64,000 bases of DNA from Sedimentisphaerales bacterium (GCA_963666285.1 OY762711.1), one strand, 5' to 3'; counted from the first letter of the stretch, positions 16,397 to 27,078 are shown. Notes: generated by a model not told the origin, from the letters alone. Translations and numbers: made by a program.

Positions 16397-18955
16397 ATGA
16401 AACATTTTAAATTATTGGTTTTGTTTGCTGTTTTAGTGTTGTGCCTGGTATCTTCGTCTGCAGATGCGATTTTGGCAGGAGTAAACCCTGATATACGTAA
16501 TGATACCGGGGTAGTTGCCAATGATTTTCATATTGAGGGCAAGATAAAGTCAGGCTGGCCGTATATGAACTGGCAGGATCCACCTACATTAGTTCACCAT
16601 ATAGATGGGATTTTTCCAGAATTTTCATATTCAATAACCCCTGACAGCAGCAGTTTATGGCAGAATGAGTTTACATTTACAGCACATTGGAAGGGGGTAG
16701 ATATTGCTCCGGGAGAGATAATACATCTTGGCCTGGTGTTTGATCTATATTGCAATAACCTGATAATAGATTTAGAGGGATGGTGGACCAGGGATGGTGA
16801 GCGAATAGCGGTTGGCTTGAATAACGGTTCTGTAATAATCCCAGGTTTTGATGTTAAGGATACCGGACTAGATCCCGTCAACCCGGATAACAGTGATTTA
16901 ATTCCCCAGCATATTCGGATACAAAACGATTCCGGAGTTCAGATACCTGCAACAATTATGGGTATGGAAGTTGCGGTAGTAAAGCCTTCCCTGGTTGATG
17001 AGCTATTTGACGGCAGTCTGGTTGCTCTGTTTGATCATTTGAATCAGGAGATGCAGGGGGCGTTACCGGTAGAATGGCGTGAAGTCCCGCAAGAGCTATT
17101 TCCTCCGGAATTTGGAGTTGAAAGTTTCTTCGATGTATTTTTTGAGATAGAGGTTCCTACCCCGGATGGCAGTGGATTGGAGCCATTAGTGCCAGATTTT
17201 CAGCCGGGAGATATTCTAATCGACAGGATAGTAATCGAATATCCTGGGAATGATGGAGTCAGCAGTTGGCGCTGGACGTGGCATATGCATCAGAGTCATG
17301 AACTTGATTTTGGTGATGCCCCTGTAATAGATGATTCGGTAGGGTATCCAACGCTGCTGGCACAGGATGGTGCCCGTCATATAATTCAGGGTCCATGGTT
17401 TGGTGACAGGAGTGACAGGCCGGATCCAGAGCGAGATGGTCAGCCGGAGCCGGCAGCTCTTGGAGATGATACATTTGACCTAAATGACGATGAGGATGGA
17501 ATAGTTATTCCAGTTTTGACTGTTGGAGCTACGTCAACAATCCAGGTAGAAGTCAGTAACGGAGGTGGTTTTGTTAAAGGCTGGATTGACTGGGATCAGG
17601 ACAGGCAATGGTCAGCAGCAGAACTGGTAGTGAGTACATATCTTGCTACAGGTTCTCACAGTTTGAATGTAACAGTACCCTCAACAGCGGTAACAGGTCA
17701 GACTTTTGCCCGTTTCCGTATTGTCGCACCAGCGGCCACGGGTGCCAGCGTAGCAGTTGATCCTGTGGGGCTGGCCCGTTCGGGAGAAGTCGAAGACCAT
17801 GAAGTCAAAATTGTCGAACCAGAGCCAATATTTGACTTTGGTGATGCTCCAGACAGAGGTCCGGTAGCTGCCGGTTATCCAACCTTGCTGGTTAATAACG
17901 GAGCACGGCATTATCCACGCGGTCCATGGCTGGGGCCTGACGATGATAATCCTGACCTCGAGCTGGATGGTCAGCCCAATGCAACAGCAACGGGTGATGA
18001 TTTGCTGGACCTAAATGACGATGAAGATGGGGTATCTATTCCATTGCTTATTGCCGGTCAAACGGTAGTGGTCAAGTTTTCAGTCAGCGGTGGCGGCGGT
18101 GTTGTTGAAGGCTGGATAGATTTTGACCATAGTACATCCTGGGATGCATCAGAGCTGATAGTAAACGGTTCATATCCTGACGGGACTCATGGAGTGAATG
18201 TTACAGTTCCGGCAGGTTCAGTTCCGGGTCAAAGTTATGCCCGTTTCAGGATATCATCGAATGGTACCGGTTCTCCAGAAGGTGAGGCAGCAGATGGAGA
18301 GGTCGAGGATTACCTGGTAGATATTGAAGAGCCTCAAGCTGAATATGACTGGGGCGATGCGCCGGATAATGCTGATATGCCAGGTTATCCAACTCTAATG
18401 GCTAATAATGGTGCAAATCATATGATAGGCGGTCCATGGCTTGGCCCTGATGATGATAGTCCTGATGTAGAAGCAGATGGTCAGCCAACTAATGCGGCAG
18501 ATGGAGATGATCTTGACGGTAACGATGATGAAGATGGATTAAAGATTCCGATTTTAGTTGCCGGCAAGTCTGGGGATATTACTTTAATCGTTAATGGCGG
18601 TGGTGGTTATGTTACCGGCTGGATAGATTATGACCAGAGTATGAGCTGGGAGCTAAGCGAGCTGGTTGTGAACGGCAGCTATAGTGATGGAGTCCATACA
18701 ATAACCGTAAATGTTCCTTTTGACGCGGTATATGGCAAGACCTATGCCAGGTTCCGTATTGTTCGGACAGATGTACTGCCGATAACTCCTTCACCAGAAG
18801 GTCCGGCAGCAAATGGAGAAGTCGAGGATTATATTCTTGAAATCAAGGATCCTTGCCACTGGCCATTAAACGCTGATATTGATGGTGATGGTAAGGTTGA
18901 TCTTGTAGATTTTTCAATAATGGCAACCCAGTGGTTGGATGGTGTTTCCAATTGA
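16397..18955 (+). CDS. Secreted surface protein with three GEVED-domain repeats and C-terminal dockerin-like motif (ORF track start 16343)
   Basis: GGAGG before ATG 16397; signal peptide MKHFKLLVLFAVLVLCLVSSSADA; 3 x DFGDAP...GWID...ARFRI...GEVED; tail ADIDGDGKVDLVDFSIMATQWL. Confidence 0.85.
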   Translation: MKHFKLLVLFAVLVLCLVSSSADAILAGVNPDIRNDTGVVANDFHIEGKIKSGWPYMNWQDPPTLVHHIDGIFPEFSYSITPDSSSLWQNEFTFTAHWKGVDIAPGEIIHLGLVFDLYCNNLIIDLEGWWTRDGERIAVGLNNGSVIIPGFDVKDTGLDPVNPDNSDLIPQHIRIQNDSGVQIPATIMGMEVAVVKPSLVDELFDGSLVALFDHLNQEMQGALPVEWREVPQELFPPEFGVESFFDVFFEIEVPTPDGSGLEPLVPDFQPGDILIDRIVIEYPGNDGVSSWRWTWHMHQSHELDFGDAPVIDDSVGYPTLLAQDGARHIIQGPWFGDRSDRPDPERDGQPEPAALGDDTFDLNDDEDGIVIPVLTVGATSTIQVEVSNGGGFVKGWIDWDQDRQWSAAELVVSTYLATGSHSLNVTVPSTAVTGQTFARFRIVAPAATGASVAVDPVGLARSGEVEDHEVKIVEPEPIFDFGDAPDRGPVAAGYPTLLVNNGARHYPRGPWLGPDDDNPDLELDGQPNATATGDDLLDLNDDEDGVSIPLLIAGQTVVVKFSVSGGGGVVEGWIDFDHSTSWDASELIVNGSYPDGTHGVNVTVPAGSVPGQSYARFRISSNGTGSPEGEAADGEVEDYLVDIEEPQAEYDWGDAPDNADMPGYPTLMANNGANHMIGGPWLGPDDDSPDVEADGQPTNAADGDDLDGNDDEDGLKIPILVAGKSGDITLIVNGGGGYVTGWIDYDQSMSWELSELVVNGSYSDGVHTITVNVPFDAVYGKTYARFRIVRTDVLPITPSPEGPAANGEVEDYILEIKDPCHWPLNADIDGDGKVDLVDFSIMATQWLDGVSN

Positions 18956-18981
18956 TAGATTGAATTCGTTTTTTTTATAAT

Positions 18982-19016
18982 AAAGGCCCTGTTTCATTTA
19001 AGAATCAGGGTCTTTT
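18982..19016. terminator. Bidirectional intrinsic terminator
   Basis: AAAGGCCCTG...CAGGGTCTTT hairpin with A/T tails between convergent genes. Confidence 0.7.
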
Positions 19017-19056
19017 GTTTTTAGCATCGGAAGAGGAGATAAGATAATTTAAAGTG

Positions 19057-21063
19057 CTAAATCAGAGAGAGAGTTTCCAGATTCTGTTCTTCATTTTCAT
19101 CTATTTTCCCAGCAAAAATAACAGGTATAGTAATAATAAACGTAGTGCCATTCCCATGGGTGCTTTCCAGCTTTATACTGCCACCGTGTTTAGATGTTAT
19201 TATGTTATGGGTAATAGCCAGTCCCTGGCCAGTGCCTTTGCCGACTTCTTTTGTGGTGAAGAAGGGGTCAAATACATTGTCGATAACATCTTTGGGTATT
19301 CCCATGCCGTTATCAGATATAATGACAATAGCATCATGATCTTTTCTTTTCGTTTCAATTTTAATTATTCCCTGGAAATCATCAACGGCCTTTCTTTCTT
19401 CTATGGCATGTGCAGAATTAACAATCATATTAATAAATACCTGCAGTAGGCTGCCCGGCATACAGGAAATATTGAGCATTTCATCCTCGAAATTCAATTC
19501 GACATCAGCTATGTACTTCCATTCATTTTTGGTAATTGTTTTAGCATTGTTCAAGATGAGGTTCAAGTCGGCGGATTCAGGAGAATTACCGTCCGGGTGA
19601 GTGAAATCCTTCATGGCAGAAACAATTTTAGCAATATGGTTTGTACCATGAATAGCATCTTCAAATGCAGAAGTTGCTTCCTTTAGTTCGTATTCATTAT
19701 TGAACATTGATTTTAAATATTCGGTTAGCTGGTCTATCTCTATCTGTTGGTGGTCGAGCTGTTCTACCTGTTCGTTGATTTTATCCTGTAATAAGTCAAA
19801 AGTTCGTTTGAGAAAGCTAAGGTTGTCACTAATGTATTGAATCGGTGTGTTTAATTCATGAGCAATACCGGAGGCGAGCTGGCCAACCGATTCCATTTTT
19901 TTATTATGCTGCAGTTCAATTTCCAATTCCTTTTGCCTGGTTATGTCGAGCCTGGTATGAACTATACCAATAATTTCATTATCATCGTTGAAAACGGGTG
20001 ATGCGGTAGAAGAGAATATCTTGCCATTGTCCATGACTACCTCGGAGTATTCACTCTTTCCGGTAGCTAGAGATTTTTTAACCGGGCAGTTCGTACAGGG
20101 TTTTCCTTCACCCCATTGATTATAGCAATGAAAACCGCTTTCATTACAAGCGGATCCATCTTCATTTCTGTTGGCCCAGATAACTTTCAGGTCTGGAGAT
20201 ATGTATGATATTTGCTCTTGTATGTTTTCCAGTACTTTTGTTGTCTTATCTGCATTGATAAGAAGCTGCTCATTGTGTTTGTGTTCAGTAATATCCTGTT
20301 CAATACAAATTACATTAATACTATCGCTGATATCAGCTATGCTGTTATTGGTTACCCATCTCCACTTACCTGACGCATCTTTAATACGGAATTCGAATGT
20401 AGATTTTGTTATTTTTCCATTGGCAAGGTCGTTATATGTTTTTTTGACTATTTTCTGGTCGTCTGGGTGTATGAGAGAAAAATAGAAATCCTCATTAGTG
20501 TCGATTTTATGGTTGTAACCGAAGGTTCCAAGCCATTGAGTCGTGAATTCAATTTTTTTAGTTGCAGGAATCCATTTAAATGACCCGGTTTTTGCAACCT
20601 GAGCGATAAGCTCAAGTGCCAGGTACCTTTCGGCAGATTTAGCCTGATGAATTTTGAGGTCGTGTTTAATTTGCCAGGCCATAGTCAAAGAGGTTACACA
20701 AGCTGCCAGTTCGTCTTTATCCCAAGGTTTAGTAAGGAATTTGTCCAGGCGGCTTTTATTGATGGTCTGGGATATATCATGTATTTCAGCATGTCCTGTC
20801 AGCAGCAGGGTAGAGGTGTCAGGAGTTTTCTGACTGATAATTTCCAGCAGCTCGCCGCCATTCATTATCGGCATAACATAGTCGCTGATAACCAATGCTA
20901 TATTCCGCTTTTCAGCAATAAGTTCATCGATGACAGCTAAAGCTTCCTGCCCGCTCTCGGCAATTTCTATCTCGAACTCTTCCTGCAAAAGCCCCCTTAG
21001 CTCTTTTTCAAGAGAAGAAAGGACGATATTTTCATCATCAACGCATATTATGACTGGCTGCAT
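19057..21063 (-). CDS. Hybrid sensor histidine kinase (REC-PAS-PAS-HisKA-HATPase)
   Basis: ICVDDE...ISDYVMP receiver; PAS (IHPDD, GKWRWV); H-box GIAHELNTP; N/G/F boxes (NSAHA, DNGMG, PFFTTK, GTGQGL). Confidence 0.92.
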   Translation of the reverse strand: MQPVIICVDDENIVLSSLEKELRGLLQEEFEIEIAESGQEALAVIDELIAEKRNIALVISDYVMPIMNGGELLEIISQKTPDTSTLLLTGHAEIHDISQTINKSRLDKFLTKPWDKDELAACVTSLTMAWQIKHDLKIHQAKSAERYLALELIAQVAKTGSFKWIPATKKIEFTTQWLGTFGYNHKIDTNEDFYFSLIHPDDQKIVKKTYNDLANGKITKSTFEFRIKDASGKWRWVTNNSIADISDSINVICIEQDITEHKHNEQLLINADKTTKVLENIQEQISYISPDLKVIWANRNEDGSACNESGFHCYNQWGEGKPCTNCPVKKSLATGKSEYSEVVMDNGKIFSSTASPVFNDDNEIIGIVHTRLDITRQKELEIELQHNKKMESVGQLASGIAHELNTPIQYISDNLSFLKRTFDLLQDKINEQVEQLDHQQIEIDQLTEYLKSMFNNEYELKEATSAFEDAIHGTNHIAKIVSAMKDFTHPDGNSPESADLNLILNNAKTITKNEWKYIADVELNFEDEMLNISCMPGSLLQVFINMIVNSAHAIEERKAVDDFQGIIKIETKRKDHDAIVIISDNGMGIPKDVIDNVFDPFFTTKEVGKGTGQGLAITHNIITSKHGGSIKLESTHGNGTTFIITIPVIFAGKIDENEEQNLETLSLI

Positions 21064-21333
21064 TCTGAATTACTCCGTATCAATTTTTAACTAATATTTA
21101 TAAAAAATATCGTACAATTTTTGCGGCTAGTTTAGCCGTAAGGTATTATAAACGATATTTGAATATGTCAGTGCTATAATATTATTATGAATCTGGCAGG
21201 TTATAGGACGTACAATGCGTATATGCATGAAAAATAAAGAAAATAACAGCAGGCAGCTGATTTAAACAATTGATAGTGTGAGAAGAGTTAGCGATTTTTT
21301 AAATTTTTTCAAATTTATTTATCGGACTTTATA

Positions 21334-23250
21334 ATGAACGGCAGAAAAGAAAAAGAGCGGTTTTCTGCGATAGATGAAAGGTTGAACGTAATGAGTATCC
21401 CAGGCGAAAAGTCAGAAAAGACAGTACATGTTGTCGATTTGAGCATGTTTCGCTTTATAAGGTTGTTTAAGGGTTTTTTCATGTCAATTCAGCCAATGAA
21501 AATAGTATTGGCGATAATGATAATATTATCGTTTTACCTTGTTGGCGGTATCATGGATTTTATAGCCGGTGAAGAATGCAGAGTTTTAAGTGACGATGTG
21601 TATAACTTTAATTCCGGCAGTGAAATTACCTGGGTAGCAGAGAATCGTTCAGGTGATATAAAGCCAGATATGGATGTCCTGGAGTTCAGGCGTAAAACCG
21701 TTGATGGATATACAGAAGAGCTTAGAAATGGTTTAATAACTCATCCGATGCTTCAGGAAATAGCAGGGGATAATCCGCTGGAGATAATTCGTTCAGGCAG
21801 GGCGTACTCATTATTGAAAGAGAAGTATCGTGAGGTCTATGATAAGAACCATGATTTGCTGGAGCAGCGTTATGCAATAACGATTAAAAATACCGAGGAA
21901 GGTTTTGACAAGCGAAAAAGTGCATTAGCAGGAAACGATGCAGATTTTGATTTTCAGAAGAGGCGTCTGGTGGAAGAAATATCAGATGCAAATCTTTGCC
22001 TGCAGAAGGCTATGGTAAGCGGCAATCCGGAATATTCTTCCTATGAATATCTAAACAAGGTTATCGTTGTTGATGTTAGTATTGAAGATAGTAAATTACG
22101 CCGGGAAGATAGTGAAAAGGTAAATGAAATAAAGGAAAATGTCAATGAAGTGATTCAGCTGGCCAGGTATATGAAGGTTGCGAAAGCAATAGAAGGTCGA
22201 GGGGTATTTTCTGCATTAGCGGATTTTAAGCTGAGACGAATTCATGAGTTGGCTTCAGGTCTGGTTCTCCTGGATTTTGAGCAGGTGAAAAATAATTTCT
22301 TCGAACTGGTATATGCAGCATCATGGATGGTACGATATCATCCTTTGTATACCTCAATCCTTTTTGCTGCCGGTTTTGCGATTTATGCCTTGTTTGGCGG
22401 CGCGATATGTCGGATATCAGCCCTGCAAGTTACCAGGGATGAGAGAATAGGGCCCATGGAGGCATTAAAGTTTAGCGGGAGGCGATTCTGGCGATTGTTT
22501 TTTGTTCCGGTAACACCGGTATTTATAATATTGATTGGAATAATAGCAATAGCAATAATATCCTGGTTCTTTTCATTACCCTTTGTCGGCCAGGTGCTGC
22601 AGGCATTGTTTATGCCAATAATATTTCTGATAGGATTCCTGGTGACGGTAGTGGTTGTACTGGCGACGGCAGGATACGGCTTGATGTTTCCGGCAGTTGC
22701 AGTCGATAATTCAGAGGCCTTTGATGCCATGAGTCGTTCATTTTCGTATGTTCTAAACAAGCCATGGCATGCAGCATTTTATGCGTTTTTGTCAGCAGTT
22801 TACGGGATAATATGTTATATATTTTTACGTTTCTTTATATTTATTCTGTTTTTCTGTATGCGTGCCGGTATAAGTCTCGTCCTGGATGGTGATCTGTTAT
22901 GGCCGGAACCGATTTTCAGTGATTTTATGCCGCCGATTCAATGGCATTTGCTAAGCACCAGTCAAGCTGTTTCTGCTGTTATGTTTCGTATAGCGACCGT
23001 ATTTTTTGTGCTTGTTCTTCCTGGTTACGGTTTAAGTTTTTTCTATACGATGGCGACCCAGGTATATGTATTACTGCGAAAAGATGAAGATGAAGTGGAT
23101 ATGGAGGAATGTTATCTCGAAACCCATATCAGTGACCTGTTTACTTCCACTGTTAAAATAGGAGCAGAAGAAGATAAGGCAGTCGAATCGGAATCTGAAG
23201 CAGCGGAGCAGGATCAGGAAACTACGGAAGAGGAAAAGCCGAATTCGTAA
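21334..23250 (+). CDS. Multi-pass membrane protein of unknown function
   Basis: Long ORF; one N-terminal TM, large soluble insert, ~5-6 C-terminal TM segments, acidic tail. Confidence 0.75.
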   Translation: MNGRKEKERFSAIDERLNVMSIPGEKSEKTVHVVDLSMFRFIRLFKGFFMSIQPMKIVLAIMIILSFYLVGGIMDFIAGEECRVLSDDVYNFNSGSEITWVAENRSGDIKPDMDVLEFRRKTVDGYTEELRNGLITHPMLQEIAGDNPLEIIRSGRAYSLLKEKYREVYDKNHDLLEQRYAITIKNTEEGFDKRKSALAGNDADFDFQKRRLVEEISDANLCLQKAMVSGNPEYSSYEYLNKVIVVDVSIEDSKLRREDSEKVNEIKENVNEVIQLARYMKVAKAIEGRGVFSALADFKLRRIHELASGLVLLDFEQVKNNFFELVYAASWMVRYHPLYTSILFAAGFAIYALFGGAICRISALQVTRDERIGPMEALKFSGRRFWRLFFVPVTPVFIILIGIIAIAIISWFFSLPFVGQVLQALFMPIIFLIGFLVTVVVVLATAGYGLMFPAVAVDNSEAFDAMSRSFSYVLNKPWHAAFYAFLSAVYGIICYIFLRFFIFILFFCMRAGISLVLDGDLLWPEPIFSDFMPPIQWHLLSTSQAVSAVMFRIATVFFVLVLPGYGLSFFYTMATQVYVLLRKDEDEVDMEECYLETHISDLFTSTVKIGAEEDKAVESESEAAEQDQETTEEEKPNS

Positions 23251-23345
23251 AGACAGCATATCTTATGCTTTTAGAAAAGGCATATTAATAAGGCTTTTTC
23301 TGCTGTGGGGCAGGTAAGTATTTTGTATAGGCTATAGCTTTTGTT

Positions 23346-23374
23346 TTGACTAATTGAGTGAAAATTGCTATTAT
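23346..23374 (+). promoter_or_regulatory. Sigma-70-type promoter upstream of typA
   Basis: TTGACT-N17-TATTAT with TG at the extended -10 position. Confidence 0.55.
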
Positions 23375-23611
23375 ACCGCCGTTGCCGTTTAAATGGTATG
23401 GACACACATAGTGTGTGATATTGCCCGGCAGCCTAAAGGCAGGCAAGTAGAATAATAAGCTTTTTATTTTACTGCTGAACGGGCATTATAGTTTGTAGAT
23501 GGTATAATACGGCATCCTGCCTTTTATCGGACCTTGAAAACTATTTTCAGGTTCATATTAAGTTCTTTTGAATAAAGAGCTTGCATTCACACCTTATTTT
23601 TCGGAGCAAAC

Positions 23612-25462
23612 TTGGAAAAGATAAGAAATGTAGCTATCATAGCGCACGTTGACCATGGTAAGACCTCGCTGGTAGATAAATTATTGTATCAGTCAGGAAA
23701 ATTTCGTAATTCAGACCTGGATAAGCTGGCCGGCGGTCAGCATGGCTTGATTATGGACTCCAATCCTCTAGAACGCGAGCGTGGAATTACCATATTGAGT
23801 AAGAATTGTGCAATCAGCTATACAGATACAGATGGGGAAGAATATAAGATAAACCTGATTGACACCCCCGGCCACGCAGACTTTGGCGGTGAAGTAGAGC
23901 GAGTATTAAAGATGGCAGACGGAGTGCTGCTGGTAGTAGATGCCTTTGAAGGTCCTATGCCACAGACCAGGTTTGTCTTGGGCAAGGCGTTGGAGCATGG
24001 CTTAAAGCCGATAGTTGTGGTGAATAAGTCTGACCGTCCCAATGCCCGTTGTGATGATGTTGTGAACGAGGTATTTGACCTGCTGGTACAACTGGATGCC
24101 AATGATGATGCCCTTGATTTTCCGGTACTGTTTACCTCAGCCCGTGATGGCTGGTGCAAGACCAGTTCCAATGGCGAACAGACAGATCTCAAGCCGGTAT
24201 TTGATGCAATTATTAATAAAATACCATCGCCTGTGGGTGATATGGGTGCACCTTTACAAATGCTGGTAACAACTCTGGACCACAGCGACTATGTAGGTCG
24301 TATTGCGATTGGTCGGGTATTCAGCGGTGTAATGCAGGAAGGGCAGAATGTGACAGTAATCGATAACCATGGCAAACATACCCTGCAGAAAGTAATGCAC
24401 ATTCATCAGTTTGAAGGATTGGGGAAAAAGCAGGTTTCAGGTGTTCATGCCGGAGATATTTGTGCGATATCCGGTCTTGATCCGATTGATATCGGAAATA
24501 CGATTGCTTGTGCCGATAAGCCGTCACCATTACCTATTATTGCCGTTGATGAGCCGACAATGCACACAACATTCCGAGTAAATGATGGTCCTTTTGTTGG
24601 TAATGAGGGAGACAAGGTAACCAGCAGGCAGCTATGGGATAGATTGCAGAAGGAATTGCAGCATAACGTAGCATTAAGAGTGGAAAAAGGCGATACCACA
24701 GATGAATTTAAGGTTTCCGGTCGCGGATTGATGCATATAGGTATTTTACTGGAAAATATGCGTAGGGAAGGGTATGAATTGTGCGTAGGTAAACCAGAGG
24801 TGATTATCCGAGAGTATGATGGGGTCAGGCAGGAGCCGATAGAAAGACTGGTAATTGATTGTCCTCAGGATTGTCAGAGTTCGGTTATGTCTCTATTGGG
24901 CGAGCGACGTTGCGAGATGGTAACAATGGAAGCCAAGGGCGGAAGTGATGAATACGTTCATATGGAGTTTATGGTTCCCGCCCGCGGTTTGTTTGGGCTG
25001 CATTCCCGGATGATGAATGCAACCCAGGGCAGGGCGATTATGCACCATAGTTTTGAGCGATATGAGCCTGTTCGTGGCAATATCCCTGGTCGCCAGGCAG
25101 GAGTTATGATAGCAATAGCTCAAGGTGCGGTAACGGCTTATGCCTTGGATGGTCTGTTTGATCGAGGGATATTCTTTGTCAAGCAGGGTGAGAGGATTTA
25201 TGAAGGGCAGGTAGTAGGCGAGCATTGCAAAGAAGGTGACATTATCTGTAACCCGGTCAAGGTTAAGCAGTTAAATAATATGCGAGCTTCAGGTAAGGAT
25301 GAAGCTGCTCGAGTCAGGCCGCCAAGGGAGATGGGGCTGGAAGAGGCTTTAGAGTATATAGAAAAGGACGAGCTGGTGGAAATAACCCCTCAATCAATTC
25401 GTATAAGAAAGAAGATTCTACAAGAAAGCGTAAGGCGAAGAATGGCAAGGCAGGAAAAATAA
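23612..25462 (+). CDS. typA: Translational GTPase TypA/BipA
   Basis: IRNVAIIAHVDHGKT, ERERGITILSKN, DTPGHADFGGEVER, VSGRG.MH, ELVEITP. Confidence 0.98.
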   Translation: MEKIRNVAIIAHVDHGKTSLVDKLLYQSGKFRNSDLDKLAGGQHGLIMDSNPLERERGITILSKNCAISYTDTDGEEYKINLIDTPGHADFGGEVERVLKMADGVLLVVDAFEGPMPQTRFVLGKALEHGLKPIVVVNKSDRPNARCDDVVNEVFDLLVQLDANDDALDFPVLFTSARDGWCKTSSNGEQTDLKPVFDAIINKIPSPVGDMGAPLQMLVTTLDHSDYVGRIAIGRVFSGVMQEGQNVTVIDNHGKHTLQKVMHIHQFEGLGKKQVSGVHAGDICAISGLDPIDIGNTIACADKPSPLPIIAVDEPTMHTTFRVNDGPFVGNEGDKVTSRQLWDRLQKELQHNVALRVEKGDTTDEFKVSGRGLMHIGILLENMRREGYELCVGKPEVIIREYDGVRQEPIERLVIDCPQDCQSSVMSLLGERRCEMVTMEAKGGSDEYVHMEFMVPARGLFGLHSRMMNATQGRAIMHHSFERYEPVRGNIPGRQAGVMIAIAQGAVTAYALDGLFDRGIFFVKQGERIYEGQVVGEHCKEGDIICNPVKVKQLNNMRASGKDEAARVRPPREMGLEEALEYIEKDELVEITPQSIRIRKKILQESVRRRMARQEK

Positions 25463-25532
25463 ATCAGAGCCAATCGCTTGAGCATAAGTTGACTTCACGT
25501 GAGATGATGGCGTAATCAGCAAGTTTACGTTA

Positions 25533-25937
25533 TTAATGCGGCAAAGCTACGAGGTATGGGCTGTATTTTTTATCTTCCTGCATAATATGGTCTATCAGCC
25601 AGTTTTGCAGGAAAATGCCCAGGTCAGCAGGTTCTATTAAAGAGCCATTTTCCAGGTCGTCGGCGATTTTTTTTACATGTTCAGTTAGTATTTTATGCTT
25701 GTGCTGATGCTCTTCCAGGTAAGGGTAGTCGGCAAGAATCAATAATTCTTCTTCATCTACAAAATGCTCTTTAGTATATTTTAGAAGTATTTGAATAGAG
25801 CTTTGTACGATGGTTTTTATATCATTACTTTTGGCTTCATCATGAATGCGGTTGATTAGTCTAACAAGGACTTTATGCTGTTTGTCGAGTTTTTCCACTC
25901 CCACCGACATTGATTTTTCCCATTTGAAATCGTCCAT
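25533..25937 (-). CDS. Bacteriohemerythrin
   Basis: W...MSVGV..LDKQH, HFVDEE, HQHKH, WLIDHIMQED di-iron ligand pattern. Confidence 0.92.
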   Translation of the reverse strand: MDDFKWEKSMSVGVEKLDKQHKVLVRLINRIHDEAKSNDIKTIVQSSIQILLKYTKEHFVDEEELLILADYPYLEEHQHKHKILTEHVKKIADDLENGSLIEPADLGIFLQNWLIDHIMQEDKKYSPYLVALPH

Positions 25938-26267
25938 CTGTTTACCTCTAAAATTGGGATGAATTAAAAAATGCTATTGATATTTTTATAATAATCGGCT
26001 TGTAATACCGAACTAATTAGCTAATTGTCGGTAAATGAAACAAAATTCTGGAATACCGGAGTTATCAATTGTGATAATAGTTTTATTATGGGACTATTGT
26101 CTGACTCTATAAGTTTTAAGAAAATCTTGCAAATATTGAATCATGAGATTATCATATCTGTTCTGTATCGCTTTATCTAAAGTCGAAGGTATAACTATCC
26201 TTGTAAATAAGATGAAGCTTAAGTAAGTTGTTGAATCTAAATATTTTAATGATATGGAGTTATGTAA

Positions 26268-27017
26268 ATGGCAGGTCATAGTAAGTGGGCCAATATCAAA
26301 CACCGCAAAGGTGCCCAGGATGCAAAAAGAGGAAAACTCTGGAGCAAAATAGCCAAAATAATTATTGTAGCAGCCAAAAACGGCGGTGGAGACCCGGCAA
26401 CAAACCTGTCTCTTCGTTATGCGATAGATAAGGCCAAAGATGCCAATATGCCTAAGGATAACATTGAAAAGGCCATCAAAAAAGGTACTGGTGATGTTGA
26501 AGGCATAACATTTGAAGAGATACTTTACGAAGGTTATGGCCCAAGTGGTACCGCGGTAATGTGTGAAGTTTTGACAGATAATCGAAACAGGACTGCGGGT
26601 GAGATTCGTAAGATCTTTGATTTGAGTGGCGGTTCGTTAGGGGCAACCGGTTGTGTATCGTGGATGTTCTCCAAGAAGGGTATGATTGCCGTACCGGTAG
26701 AGGGAAATGATGAAGAGAAAGTAATGGATATTGCCCTTGAAGCAGGAGCAGAAGATTTTGCGGTTGAGGGAGATATTTTTGAGATAACAACAGATGCAGA
26801 GAGCTATAGTGATGTTAAACAGGCTCTGGTTGATGCCGGTATTGAGGTTCAGATGTCAGATATCTCTCAAGTGGCAAGTAATACAGTGGTACTGGGCGAA
26901 GATGATGCCAAGAAGGTATTGAAACTGATGGATATGCTTGACGATCATGATGATGTTCAGGCGGCACATTCAAACTTTGATATTCCTGAAGATATCCTGG
27001 AAAAACTTCAGGACTAG
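26268..27017 (+). CDS. yebC: YebC/PmpR family protein
   Basis: MAGHSKWANIKHRKG, YEGYGP, TDNRNRT, DDHDDVQ. Confidence 0.97.
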   Translation: MAGHSKWANIKHRKGAQDAKRGKLWSKIAKIIIVAAKNGGGDPATNLSLRYAIDKAKDANMPKDNIEKAIKKGTGDVEGITFEEILYEGYGPSGTAVMCEVLTDNRNRTAGEIRKIFDLSGGSLGATGCVSWMFSKKGMIAVPVEGNDEEKVMDIALEAGAEDFAVEGDIFEITTDAESYSDVKQALVDAGIEVQMSDISQVASNTVVLGEDDAKKVLKLMDMLDDHDDVQAAHSNFDIPEDILEKLQD

Positions 27018-27052
27018 TCTTAGTATTTCTGTATATAAAATTTCGATATAAT

Positions 27053-27078
27053 ACGGGCTGTTCATTTGAGCAGCCTGT
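27053..27078. terminator. Bidirectional terminator between yebC and tilS
   Basis: ACGGGCTGTTCA-tt-TGAGCAGCCTGT hairpin between convergent stops. Confidence 0.65.

Noticed and set aside
23420..23485. c-di-AMP (ydaO) riboswitch
   Set aside because: CCCGGCAGC and GCTGAA resemble ydaO motifs but occur in the wrong order and other conserved blocks are missing
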